Assembly (NCBI GenBank): GCA_045593685.1
Contig: JAZNXD010000023.1
Coordinates: 1,715-65,714, forward strand
Direction of reading: 5' to 3'
Origin: Candidatus Enterousia sp.
GTDB taxonomy: Bacteria > Pseudomonadota > Alphaproteobacteria > Rs-D84
Length of the DNA: 64,000 bases
Below the pieces are notes generated by a model. That model was not told the origin of the DNA. It did not search any database and saw nothing but the letters and a program-made list of their open reading frames with translations. Position 1 is the first letter of the stretch, and each line of letters starts with the position of its first letter. Shown here piece by piece: positions 8,780 to 17,834 of this stretch. The translations under genes and the position numbers were made by a program.

Positions 8780-9567
8780 TTCTAGATCCTATTTCACCGG
8801 TTGCGTTTAGCGTGCTGGGCCTGGATGTGCGCTGGTACGCGTTGGCGTATGTCGCGGGTTTTGTTATTGGGTATTGGTTATTTAAACGCCTGATGAACGC
8901 CAATAACAGCGCGATAAGACTTAGCCGGAAACAACTGGATGATTTGTTAACCTGGGTTGTGTTCGGGGTTATTTTGGGCGGTCGCCTGGGGTATGTCCTG
9001 TTTTATGACCTGGGATATTTTTTATCGCATCCGCTGGAAATTTTTGCCGTTTGGCATGGCGGGATGAGCTTTCATGGTGGCTTGCTTGGTGTTATCATCG
9101 CAACATTTTTATTTGCGCGTTCACAAAAGTTAAACCCGTGGTCTGTGCTGGATATAATGGCGGTTTGTGCGCCAATCGGGTTGTTTTTCGGTCGCATTGC
9201 AAACTTTATTAACCGTGAAGTTATGGGCCGCCCCAGTGATGCGCCATGGGCGGTTGTGTTTCGTGGTGACACTCCAATCCCACGTCACCCCAGCCCCCTG
9301 TACGAAGCCATGACCGAAGGCGCGCTGTTATTTGTGATTATGTATTGCCTGTATCGATATACCCGATTGCGTAATCGTCCCGGTGCATTGGCGGGCATTA
9401 TGGGCATGGGGTATGCGATATTTCGTGGCTTTTGTGAGTTATTTCGTGCGCCCGATGCCCAGATTGGTTTCTTGACATCCTGGGGATTGACAATGGGACA
9501 ATTATTATCGGCGATAATGTTTTTTGCGGGCGCATCAATTTTTGTGTTTGCAATACGCAAAAAATAA
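8770..9567 (+). CDS. lgt: prolipoprotein diacylglyceryl transferase
   Basis: ISPVAFSVLGLDVRWYALAYVAGFVIGYW, HGGMSFHGGLLGV, GRIANFINREVMGR and HPSPLYEA are classic Lgt motifs. Confidence 0.9.
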   Translation: MSLVLDPISPVAFSVLGLDVRWYALAYVAGFVIGYWLFKRLMNANNSAIRLSRKQLDDLLTWVVFGVILGGRLGYVLFYDLGYFLSHPLEIFAVWHGGMSFHGGLLGVIIATFLFARSQKLNPWSVLDIMAVCAPIGLFFGRIANFINREVMGRPSDAPWAVVFRGDTPIPRHPSPLYEAMTEGALLFVIMYCLYRYTRLRNRPGALAGIMGMGYAIFRGFCELFRAPDAQIGFLTSWGLTMGQLLSAIMFFAGASIFVFAIRKK

Positions 9568-9643
9568 TGTACAATACACGCCGTTCGGTTATTGTGACAA
9601 AGCGACCAAAACCGTAGGTTGAAAGACCGACGGACACAGTTTC

Positions 9644-9733
9644 GGATGGTTGGCAGAGCGGTCGAATGCGGCGGTCTTGAAAACCGTTGTGGGGGCAACT
9701 CCACCGGGGGTTCGAATCCCTCACCATCCGCCA
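9644..9733 (+). tRNA. tRNA-Ser (anticodon UGA), class II with long variable arm, CCA encoded
   Basis: 90 nt. Acceptor GGATGGT/ACCATCC, anticodon stem GCGGT/ACCGT with loop CTTGAAA, long variable arm, T-loop TTCGAAT. Confidence 0.9.
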
Positions 9734-9743
9734 TAAATAAAAA

Positions 9744-9768
9744 ATACACCCATGGGGTGTTTTTTTAT
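9744..9768 (+). terminator. intrinsic terminator after tRNA-Ser
   Basis: ACACCCATGGGGTGT hairpin plus TTTTTTT. Confidence 0.65.
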
Positions 9769-9894
9769 TTATGTTGATGTGTGTCTTGGGATTTGGCCCG
9801 CAACAAAGTTGCGCCTGGTTCGACAATGAGTAGGTTTTGCAAGCATCGTACAGCAAAACCGTCAGGAATGCCCCGCAGGCATGACATGCCGAGG

Positions 9895-9917
9895 GAATCC
9901 TCACCATCCGCCATAAA
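9895..9917 (+). repeat. direct repeat of the 3' end of tRNA-Ser (att-like scar)
   Basis: GAATCCTCACCATCCGCCATAAA matches GAATCCCTCACCATCCGCCATAAA at 9713-9736 with a single 1-nt indel. Confidence 0.6.
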
Positions 9918-9942
9918 AAACAAATGCCCAAACGGGCATTTT

Positions 9943-10188
9943 TTATATTCTGTTTTCTTTCAAAGCCGAAAATATTTCCGCAAATTCTGTCAAACTGGTA
10001 TCGGTTGCGTTTATAATTTTTGCAATCGTTGCGCACGATGGCCAACGCGGGGTTCCATCTGGGGAAAATTGTTTGCTTTTGTTAAAGGTTGTGGCATCCA
10101 GTCCGCTAAGCCGTGCCAAGCCCGAACAGGTTAACCCCCGTGATTTTGCCAGTCTTTCGATTGTTTTCCAAAGTAATTTATGCTGCAT
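9943..10188 (-). CDS. short HTH DNA-binding protein (phage-repressor N-terminal-domain-like)
   Basis: 81 aa from the ATG at 10188, preceded by AGGGGGAA. MQHKLLWKTIERLAKSRGLTCSGLARLSGLDATTFNKSK...PRWPS. Clear paralog of 44348..44593. Confidence 0.6.
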   Translation of the reverse strand: MQHKLLWKTIERLAKSRGLTCSGLARLSGLDATTFNKSKQFSPDGTPRWPSCATIAKIINATDTSLTEFAEIFSALKENRI

Positions 10189-10391
10189 AATTCCCCCTTT
10201 CGCGTTGTTTGTAATTAGAATCACGATGTCGTTTCGCGCACAAGTTGAATTATTTCATAAATAATTGTGTTAATCAAGGACAAAAAGAGAAAAAGAACGT
10301 TGCGGCAACCGTTGGTTGAAATGGTTTTTTATTTTCTTCATTGTCAATATATGATATAATCATCGTGATGAAAGATTGAAAGGATATAAGT

Positions 10392-10799
10392 ATGGACGAT
10401 AAGAAACAGAATTTTAAACGGGCACAGCAACGGGTTATTACATATGGGGCTGTTATGAATACACTTAATGCTATTGCTAAACGCTCGGGAACAGATACGG
10501 CATCCTATAATCATAATCTGAAAGATTTCGAAGGACGCTCTGTGTCCGGGTTTGAATTTTCATCTAATGAATTGGCGGCTCAGTTGGCGAAATTGTTGGA
10601 TGATTTGGGTATAAAATATTCGCATGCCTATGACGGAATCAAATCCCGGGCGGGGCGTTTGGAAATTGCCGCTGCTGATCGTACGCGTGCAGACGAACTA
10701 TTTAAAAATTGGTCATCATGGATTATTGTTGAACCACGTATTACAGGTAACGCAGAACTGGATGCGAAATGGCAACGTGTGGTCAGTAAATCAAGATAA
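10392..10799 (+). CDS. hypothetical protein
   Basis: 135-aa ORF, divergent from the HTH gene and followed by a terminator. I recognise no family. Confidence 0.45.
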   Translation: MDDKKQNFKRAQQRVITYGAVMNTLNAIAKRSGTDTASYNHNLKDFEGRSVSGFEFSSNELAAQLAKLLDDLGIKYSHAYDGIKSRAGRLEIAAADRTRADELFKNWSSWIIVEPRITGNAELDAKWQRVVSKSR

Positions 10800-10801
10800 A
10801 A

Positions 10802-10828
10802 GAACGGTGCAAATTGCACCGTTTTTAA
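10802..10828. terminator. bidirectional intrinsic terminator
   Basis: ACGGTGCAAATTGCACCGT hairpin with flanking A/T runs, between convergent genes. Confidence 0.65.
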
Positions 10829-11526
10829 TCACGCCATACAACTGATTTAAACATTGTGTTTATTTTGCTTATCAACTCAGAATCTGTAAAGAACTGATTC
10901 CGCATAGCGTCTGTTGTTTTATTCTCATCGGTTTCAAAGTGCGGAATATACTTTTGTATCGCAATATTTTTTACATCACGCATCGCCAGGATTTCCGCAA
11001 TTTCGATTAAGTCGTTTTTACTAATAAAACGCGGATCGCATGTTACGCGAACCTCGAAATCTTTATTGTGGGAAATTAATATATCCAAACTGCGCACCAT
11101 ATTGTCGTACGCAATATGTTGACCCGTCAAATCCGGATATTTATCGCGCGTAGCCTTGAAATCCAGCCCGACCCAGTCAATTACATCAATCACTTTTTCC
11201 AGTATATTTGGATAAAAACCATTGGTGTGCAGTCCGATTTTAAACCCCAATTCACGCACACGCCGCATGTAATCAACCGCGACATCACCTTGCATTAACG
11301 CTTCGCCACCTGAAAAAACAATGGCTTCCAGTTTTCCAACACGTGATTTTATCCAATCAAAGACACGCGTCGGATCATAATCCCCGTCCCCGGGGCATAA
11401 TAAATGGGGATTGGAACAATACACGCACCGCAAAGGACAACCCGTCAGAAACAAAACCGCGGCCAGTTTCCCTGGGTAGTCAATGGTGGTAAATGAAACC
11501 AATCCCCCAATTTGAACTTCACGCAT
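10825..11526 (-). CDS. nrdG: anaerobic ribonucleoside-triphosphate reductase activating protein (radical SAM)
   Basis: FTTIDYPGKLAAVLFLTGCPLRCVYCSNPHL carries the CxxxCxxC radical-SAM cluster motif. Located immediately downstream of nrdD. Confidence 0.85.
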   Translation of the reverse strand: MREVQIGGLVSFTTIDYPGKLAAVLFLTGCPLRCVYCSNPHLLCPGDGDYDPTRVFDWIKSRVGKLEAIVFSGGEALMQGDVAVDYMRRVRELGFKIGLHTNGFYPNILEKVIDVIDWVGLDFKATRDKYPDLTGQHIAYDNMVRSLDILISHNKDFEVRVTCDPRFISKNDLIEIAEILAMRDVKNIAIQKYIPHFETDENKTTDAMRNQFFTDSELISKINTMFKSVVWRD

Positions 11527-11531
11527 GATAA

Positions 11532-11714
11532 TTATGCCGCACGCTTCAACAAATCACAATGGCGGGCGCCCGCAGACAGACAGTTGCCCTCGGTAAAGGT
11601 TTTACGTTCACAGAATTCAGAATATTTACCAATATTGAAATTTTTAACGGGGCGAATAAATCCCATTGAACGTGAAAAAACTTCGCATGGTGTTCTGTTT
11701 GCTGTATTTGTCAT
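11532..11714 (-). CDS. stand-alone glycyl-radical segment of class III RNR (NrdD C-terminal-like, 60 aa)
   Basis: EVFSRSMGFIRPVKNFNIGKYSEFCERKTF matches the conserved C-terminal glycyl-radical region of NrdD (EV.SR..GY.RPV.NWN.GK..EF..R). It has its own SD, AAGGGAGGAA, 7 nt before the ATG, and is in a different frame from nrdD. Confidence 0.7.
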   Translation of the reverse strand: MTNTANRTPCEVFSRSMGFIRPVKNFNIGKYSEFCERKTFTEGNCLSAGARHCDLLKRAA

Positions 11715-11755
11715 AATAATTTCCTCCCTTTCTGATTTGTTTATGACGTTAACTT

Positions 11756-13792
11756 TTATTGTTCATTGTTGTCCTGGTTTGCGGCATTTTCTGCATCACA
11801 CTTTGGACAGAATTCGTGTTTGCCCGGCAAATATCCATGTTTTGGACAGATTGAAAATGTCGGTGTCAGTGTCATATATGGCACTTTGTAATTTTCAAAT
11901 ATTGTCCGCACAATCTTTTGGGCGGCATCCCCACTTGACACGGGTTCCCCCATATACAGGTGCAACATTGTGCCCCCGGTATATTTACGTTGTAGTTCTT
12001 CCTGGTGTTCCAGTGCAACAAACGGATCATCCGTAAAGTTCACCGGCAACTGGGTTGAATTTGTATAGTATGGTGCATCCTTGGTTCCCGCGGTGATGAT
12101 ATCCGGAAAATTCTTGACGTCTGTCTTGGCAAAGCGATACGAACATCCTTCGGCCGGCGTTGCCTCCAAATTATACAGATTTCCTGTTTGTTCCTGGAAA
12201 GTGGCCAGGTTTTCACGAATAAAGTCCATCACATCCAAAACCAACTTCTTACCCATTGGTGTTGCAATGTTTTCGCGGTCGCCCGTAAAGTTACGAACCA
12301 TTTCATTTGCGCCATTTACGCCGATTGTTGAAAAGTGATGATTCCAATCACCCAAATAGCGTTTTGTAAACGGATACAACCCACGTTCCATGTTCTTGGA
12401 TATAATATCGCGTTTGATTTCCAATGCATCACGTCCCAAATCCAACAGGCGCTTTAATTCCGTAAACAATCCTTCGCGATTACCGCGGTGGATATATCCC
12501 AACCGTGCCAGGTTGATTGTTATAACCCCAATCGAGCCCGTTTTTTCGGCCGATCCAAACAACCCGCCCCCACGTTTTAGTAATTCACGCACATCCAATC
12601 TCAGACGACAGCACATTGAACGCACGTCCGTCGGATTTAAATCAGAATTCAAGAAATTTTGGAAATTCGGGATTCCGTACTTTGCCGCCAAATCAAACAA
12701 AGGCTTTACATTTGGATGTTCCCATGGAAAGTCCGGCGTAATGTTATATGTCGGAATAGGGAACGTAAACGGACGTCCCAACGCATCCCCTTCGGTCATA
12801 ACATCCAAAAATGCCTTGTTAATCAAATCCATTTCGGGTTGCAGTTCACCATATGTGAAATCGACCTGCTTTTTTCCAACAAACGGACGCTGATTCTTTA
12901 AATCTTCTGGGCATGTCCAATCGAACGTAAAGTTAATAAATGGCGTCTGTGTTCCCCAACGACATGGAACGGCACAGTTAAAGATAAGTGTTTGCATCGC
13001 GTTCTTTACATCCGCGTACGTCAAATTATCAATACGCACATACGGTGCCAAATATGTATCTACGGATGAAAACGCCTGGGCGCCTGCAAATTCATTTTGC
13101 AATGTCCCCAAGAAATTCACCATATGTGAAATGGCCGTTGCCATATGACGCGCGGGTTGGCACTGTAAATAGCCTTCAACGCCGTTAAAACCTTCGTACA
13201 ACAATTCACGCAGGGACCATCCCGCACAATATCCGGTCAACCATCCCAAATCATGGACGTGAATCGCCGCTGTTTTATGTGCCTCAGCAACCGCCCGCGG
13301 ATACAGGCTTAACCAATATTCCGCGGTAACGCGTTCGCTGGTACGCAATATCAGGCCACCGATGGAATAGCCGACATTTGCATTTTCTTTGATGCGCCAA
13401 TTTGACCCACCAACATAACCTTCGATAATATCAACCGCATCAACCATAGATTCACGAATTTCCGTTCGTTTTTGACGATATATAATATATGCTTCGGCGG
13501 TTTTGTATGCACGATTATCCATCAAGGTCTGAATAACAACATCTTGAATCGCTTCGACCGTTGGTGTTTTTTCTGCAAATTTGTTATCCAGGCGCTTTAA
13601 AACATCCTGGGTTATCTTGACGATTTCGACATCTGATATTTCTGTTGTAACGGCAACGGCCTTTTTAATCGCATCATAAATCTTTTTGGAATCAAAAGGC
13701 ACTGTTTCACCGCTGCGCTTTTGAACCGCCACCAGGTGCGTGGTCAACGTAGGTGTAATCTGAATTTTTATTTCATTTTGTGTTTCTGACAT
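11756..13792 (-). CDS. nrdD: anaerobic ribonucleoside-triphosphate reductase large chain (lacks the glycyl-radical tail)
   Basis: N-terminal ATP-cone (VQKRSGETVPFDSKKIYDAIKKAV), a long class III RNR core, and a C-terminal Zn-ribbon-like CPKHG...CPKCD followed by a stop. Start set at the ATG at 13792 (GGAG SD) rather than the GTG at 13819. Confidence 0.9.
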   Translation of the reverse strand: MSETQNEIKIQITPTLTTHLVAVQKRSGETVPFDSKKIYDAIKKAVAVTTEISDVEIVKITQDVLKRLDNKFAEKTPTVEAIQDVVIQTLMDNRAYKTAEAYIIYRQKRTEIRESMVDAVDIIEGYVGGSNWRIKENANVGYSIGGLILRTSERVTAEYWLSLYPRAVAEAHKTAAIHVHDLGWLTGYCAGWSLRELLYEGFNGVEGYLQCQPARHMATAISHMVNFLGTLQNEFAGAQAFSSVDTYLAPYVRIDNLTYADVKNAMQTLIFNCAVPCRWGTQTPFINFTFDWTCPEDLKNQRPFVGKKQVDFTYGELQPEMDLINKAFLDVMTEGDALGRPFTFPIPTYNITPDFPWEHPNVKPLFDLAAKYGIPNFQNFLNSDLNPTDVRSMCCRLRLDVRELLKRGGGLFGSAEKTGSIGVITINLARLGYIHRGNREGLFTELKRLLDLGRDALEIKRDIISKNMERGLYPFTKRYLGDWNHHFSTIGVNGANEMVRNFTGDRENIATPMGKKLVLDVMDFIRENLATFQEQTGNLYNLEATPAEGCSYRFAKTDVKNFPDIITAGTKDAPYYTNSTQLPVNFTDDPFVALEHQEELQRKYTGGTMLHLYMGEPVSSGDAAQKIVRTIFENYKVPYMTLTPTFSICPKHGYLPGKHEFCPKCDAENAANQDNNEQ

Positions 13793-13815
13793 TTTAAAAC
13801 TCCAATCTTGTAAAA

Positions 13816-13864
13816 ACACAACATATAGTGGTTATTTGTTTTGTTTGATAACAATATATAGTGT
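13816..13864 (-). promoter_or_regulatory. two putative NrdR boxes upstream of nrdD
   Basis: ACACAACATATAGTGG (13816-13831) and TAACAATATATAGTGT (13849-13864) each match 14/16 positions of the published NrdR-box consensus acaCwAtATaTwGtgt. Centre-to-centre spacing is 33 bp. Confidence 0.45.
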
Positions 13865-14211
13865 ATGGCAAAAACTATCAACCGATAAAAAGCAAAAAAA
13901 ATTTTATTTTTCGCTTTACTTTTAAAAAGGCGGATATTCCGCATGGTTGAGCGTATAAACAGAATCGGAAAATCTGTACTAATCATACATTTGTGTATAA
14001 AAAGGCAATTTTTTTTATTGGGCACGATTCGTTTTTTTGATGTTTTTACAAAATATAGACAAGAATATTCGATTCGAATACTATATATTGTGTTGGTTCT
14101 GATTCGGGGCGGATTTATATTATGTGTTGTTTTTCCTATTAAAAATGGCTATATTCAATATATCGTAACCATGGTGGTTGCGTATGTGTTTAACGAAATT
14201 AAGGCATTATT

Positions 14212-15801
14212 ATGATTAAAAACATATATGAAATGCTGCAAGATGTATGTTCACGGAACAAGGACGGTATTTTCTTTGTACGTCAGAACGAAACCTATGC
14301 AGATTTGTTAAAGCGTGTGAAACAGCGTGCCGTATTATTGGCCCAGCGTTTCGGTATTAAAAAGGGTGACACGGTTGCAATTTTATCGGGCAATACGCCG
14401 GATTTTTTGCGTTCGTACTTTGCCATTACGTCCCAGGGTGCACGTGCATTGATGTTGGATACGGGTTTAAATACCACGGAACATATTAACATGATGAAGC
14501 GCACAGACTGTAAATTGGTCTTGGCGCAAAAGCATATGTTTATCGAAGATGCGCCATGTGAAATGTTTGATATCGAAAGCGTTGATGACACGGATGAAAA
14601 TGATTTTGTTATGGCGCAAACCGAACGTTCCGACATTGCACAGTTATCGTTTACATCTGGTTCAACCGGCAACCCCAAGGTTGTGGGATTAACGCATGAA
14701 AATTTGATTTCATTATCCGATGGCGCCCAGTTTTACAAGGATGTGATTTTGCCGGGCTATACCTTTTATGGATTTTTGCCCCTGTATCATATATATGGTG
14801 TTGTTATTAACATCATTGTCCCGGTCGCATTACAGGGCAAACTGTTGTTACAGCCCGTCTTAAAACCCCAAGAATTCATCAAGGATTTCAAGCAATACAA
14901 ACCCGAAGTCATCCCCGCGGTTCCCCGCATATGGGAAGTGTTCTATAAAAAGATTGTGGACAGCGCGCGGGACAAGCATGTTTGGACATTAATGCGTGTG
15001 ATTGTATCCATGCGCAAAATATTGCGTGCCATCGGCCTGGGGGGATTGGTCGCTAGGGTAACAAAACCCGTTCACGATGCCTTTGGTGGCAATACGCGCG
15101 TATTGGTTTCGGCCGGCGCAACGTTAAAACCGTCTATTCGCAAATTCTATGAAAGTATGGGATTTGTTGTTGGGGATTGTTATGGTTTGACCGAAACGAC
15201 GGGGCCGGCGAACTTTAATTTTGCATTTCGTAAACCTGACGGTTCAATGTATTATGCCGGACCATTGCCCGGGAACGAGATTCAGATTCACAATCCTGAC
15301 AAGAACGGCATTGGTGAAATTTGGGTTCGTGGTAATATGGTTATGCCGGGATATTTGGAAAATGATACCGCCAACGCCGAAGCGTTTGAAAACGGCTGGT
15401 TTAAAACCGGTGATATCGGCTGCCTGGACAAATATGGCCGTCTGACGGTCAAGGGACGCCAAAAACAGGTTATTGTTTTGGACAGCGGTAAAAACGTATA
15501 TCCCGACGAACTGGAAGATTTGTACATGCAAAATGACGAAATCTTGAACGCGGCGGTTTTCGAATACGTTATCAAGGATAAAATCGTGCCTTTTGCGGTA
15601 TTTCAGGTAAAACCCGGCACGACAATCGAACGTGTCGCATTATTGATTAAGAAGTCAAATTTGGCCATCGCGCAATATAAATGGGTAAAGCATTTTGCCA
15701 TTACCGAAGAAGAATTGCCTTCTACGTCTGCGAAAAAGGTGAAACATTTTGCCGTTCGCGATATGTTGGATGGCGGTGCATTTACGCGTGCCGATAACTA
15801 A
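14212..15801 (+). CDS. AMP-dependent synthetase/ligase (long-chain fatty acid-CoA ligase-like)
   Basis: AMP-binding motif LSFTSGSTGNPKVVGLTHENL, plus GDCYGLTETTG and WFKTGDIGCLDKYGRLTVKGRQK. Confidence 0.8.
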   Translation: MIKNIYEMLQDVCSRNKDGIFFVRQNETYADLLKRVKQRAVLLAQRFGIKKGDTVAILSGNTPDFLRSYFAITSQGARALMLDTGLNTTEHINMMKRTDCKLVLAQKHMFIEDAPCEMFDIESVDDTDENDFVMAQTERSDIAQLSFTSGSTGNPKVVGLTHENLISLSDGAQFYKDVILPGYTFYGFLPLYHIYGVVINIIVPVALQGKLLLQPVLKPQEFIKDFKQYKPEVIPAVPRIWEVFYKKIVDSARDKHVWTLMRVIVSMRKILRAIGLGGLVARVTKPVHDAFGGNTRVLVSAGATLKPSIRKFYESMGFVVGDCYGLTETTGPANFNFAFRKPDGSMYYAGPLPGNEIQIHNPDKNGIGEIWVRGNMVMPGYLENDTANAEAFENGWFKTGDIGCLDKYGRLTVKGRQKQVIVLDSGKNVYPDELEDLYMQNDEILNAAVFEYVIKDKIVPFAVFQVKPGTTIERVALLIKKSNLAIAQYKWVKHFAITEEELPSTSAKKVKHFAVRDMLDGGAFTRADN

Positions 15802-15819
15802 GAAAAACAAACCTGATGG

Positions 15820-15853
15820 GGCAGGGCGGAAAAACCGCCCTGTGTATTTTTTA
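15820..15853 (+). terminator. intrinsic terminator
   Basis: CAGGGCGGAAAAACCGCCCTG hairpin followed by a T-run. Confidence 0.7.
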
Positions 15854-15921
15854 TTCTTTATATTGACAAAATGATATTATGTACTATAATATAGAGTGTA
15901 ATAAAGAGTACGGAGGCTTAT

Positions 15922-16494
15922 ATGTCGAACCCGAAAAAACGCACCCCAATCGGTGTGTTCGAAGTTTTAAAATCAATCATGGATGCCAAGGTGGTGCCCC
16001 TGCGTGAAGCGGTAAATACGGGCAATCGTGCCCAAACGGAATTACCGGTTTTATGTGAACGCATTTCAAATCTGCAAACATTTATTCGTAACAGTCGTTA
16101 TGACCCGGCCGATGTACGCGAAGCGGAAACAGAAATTACAGAATATGAATATCAGTTGCATGGTGTTCAGAAAAAAATTGCCCGTGGTCAATCGGCCGAA
16201 AAAGATTTGGTTTATGCCGATAATTTTTATGCATCATATGCGGACACGTGTCGTCAAATTCGCAATATGCCAATGGTTGATGAACTGCGCCGTCAATGCA
16301 GGGCATTGGAAGACAAATTGTCGCGCCTGGAAGATAATATGTTCGCATGTGAAATAAATTTGGATGAAACCGCGCGCTCGTCTGCGGTTGTCGCCCAATC
16401 CCGTGATGACTTGGACGCTTATTCCCGTGAATACCAGGAACAAAGTGCCCAGTTGGATTTGTTGCGTGCCCAACTGGCCACATTACAAAAATAA
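15922..16494 (+). CDS. hypothetical coiled-coil protein
   Basis: 190-aa charged ORF with heptad-like C-terminal half. Has its own terminator. I recognise no family. Confidence 0.45.
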   Translation: MSNPKKRTPIGVFEVLKSIMDAKVVPLREAVNTGNRAQTELPVLCERISNLQTFIRNSRYDPADVREAETEITEYEYQLHGVQKKIARGQSAEKDLVYADNFYASYADTCRQIRNMPMVDELRRQCRALEDKLSRLEDNMFACEINLDETARSSAVVAQSRDDLDAYSREYQEQSAQLDLLRAQLATLQK

Positions 16495-16520
16495 AGAACG
16501 CCCGTTTGGGCGTTTTTTAT
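16495..16520. terminator. bidirectional intrinsic terminator
   Basis: AACGCCCGTTTGGGCGTT hairpin with flanking A/T runs. Confidence 0.7.
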
Positions 16521-17764
16521 TGATTGCATACCACAACAAAAGGTGGTCGTGATGCAGACTGATTGATTCCCAACGGACCACAGTCCATACAGTTAAATCT
16601 TCTGTTTTGTGAATGTGCAGAATCCATGGGTACTTCTATGCCCTTGACACCTTCAACGCCACTGATATATGTCCGACTGGGGAATCCAAAGTAAAATGCG
16701 CGTGTTGCGCCATCGCACTCGGACACATTTCCCGGATAACAACGCGGATCCGTCAATTTATTTGGGTCGGGTACACATGAACTGACACAGGTTTCAGGGT
16801 CTGTAATCATTTGCTCGCAATCTGTACACGAAGTGTGTGGTACGCGCAACGTAGCGCCCAAGGCCCCCCCATAAACCGCATCCCCAACAACATGTGCGCA
16901 TTTTGTTGTTGTTGTATTTAATGTTGGATCCATCACGCATTCCCACTCCAATGTATTGTAATTCAGTCGCGCAATCATTTTATTCGGGCAACTTTTTTCC
17001 GGAAAAGGATTTATGCATTCCCAAACATCTTCCACGATAACGGCGGTCTGATTATCTGCGCACAGTGGTTTTCTGGATTCGTCCGGTACACATTCATACA
17101 AATCAGAATCCCAAATCATATCCCCGCCACAGTCTGTTTTAGTATTATATGTCACACATTGCCAACGTCCAAAGCGATACACCTTGGTTGTGCCAACGGG
17201 GCATATAACATCCGGGGCTGTGGCGATTTCATATTGTTTCCCAACGTCTGGTGTTTCATACTGGGTCAGATATACCAACTGGCCATCTTCTAATTTCATT
17301 TCTTCTATAATTGCATTTGGGACTTTTCTTTTTGTAACGGTTCCGCCCGACATAATCATCTTGTCCTGAAATATTCCAAAAGTCCCCGCGTCTGCATAGT
17401 GCTTTTCCAGTATTTCCATCATGCCATTATAAATATTTTCATCCAATGGCGCGGTCGCAGTTATGATATAGTTAAATATCTTCTTTTTTGTATTATCTGT
17501 CCCACAATCAACTTTTTTAAATCTGTTGTCCAGGCATACAAATCGACTGACGATACCGTTTTGTTCAATACATATATCGTCAAAAACCATATCATTGATT
17601 TGCGCGTTATGCACGGCGGTTGCGCACTGTGCGATTGTTCGCAAATCAGATTGAGTAATCGCATACCCTGTTTCGTGTTTTTCCATGCGCTGGCTGGGGC
17701 TGTCCAACATATAGTATCCTGCCATAAAGACGGCGACCAAAATCATGATAAAAATATTCATCAT
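16517..17764 (-). CDS. membrane-anchored/secreted cysteine-rich protein with repeated [WY]-[QE]-C-[VI] modules
   Basis: N-terminal hydrophobic anchor MMNIFIMILVAVFMAGYYML. About 30 Cys. Four modules: RWQCVTYNTKTDC, LYECVPDESRKPLC, VWECINPFPEKSC, EWECVMDPTLNTTTTKC. Confidence 0.55.
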   Translation of the reverse strand: MMNIFIMILVAVFMAGYYMLDSPSQRMEKHETGYAITQSDLRTIAQCATAVHNAQINDMVFDDICIEQNGIVSRFVCLDNRFKKVDCGTDNTKKKIFNYIITATAPLDENIYNGMMEILEKHYADAGTFGIFQDKMIMSGGTVTKRKVPNAIIEEMKLEDGQLVYLTQYETPDVGKQYEIATAPDVICPVGTTKVYRFGRWQCVTYNTKTDCGGDMIWDSDLYECVPDESRKPLCADNQTAVIVEDVWECINPFPEKSCPNKMIARLNYNTLEWECVMDPTLNTTTTKCAHVVGDAVYGGALGATLRVPHTSCTDCEQMITDPETCVSSCVPDPNKLTDPRCYPGNVSECDGATRAFYFGFPSRTYISGVEGVKGIEVPMDSAHSQNRRFNCMDCGPLGINQSASRPPFVVVCNQ

Positions 17765-17834
17765 TCCCCCTTGCGATTTATAAAAAGTCTAGGTAATATA
17801 CAAATAAATTGCAACAGGAAAAACGGATTTGTCG

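Noticed and set aside
9285-10045. ORFs 9285..9749 and 9398..10045 (minus strand)
   Set aside because: They run antisense through lgt and straight across the tRNA-Ser gene and its terminator. The coding pattern is not plausible.
11715-11755. Simple frameshift pseudogenisation of nrdD
   Set aside because: The small downstream ORF has its own strong SD (AAGGGAGGAA) at ideal spacing and an ATG, and nrdD ends cleanly after its Zn-ribbon. A sequencing indel cannot be excluded without reads, so this is kept as a finding with that caveat.
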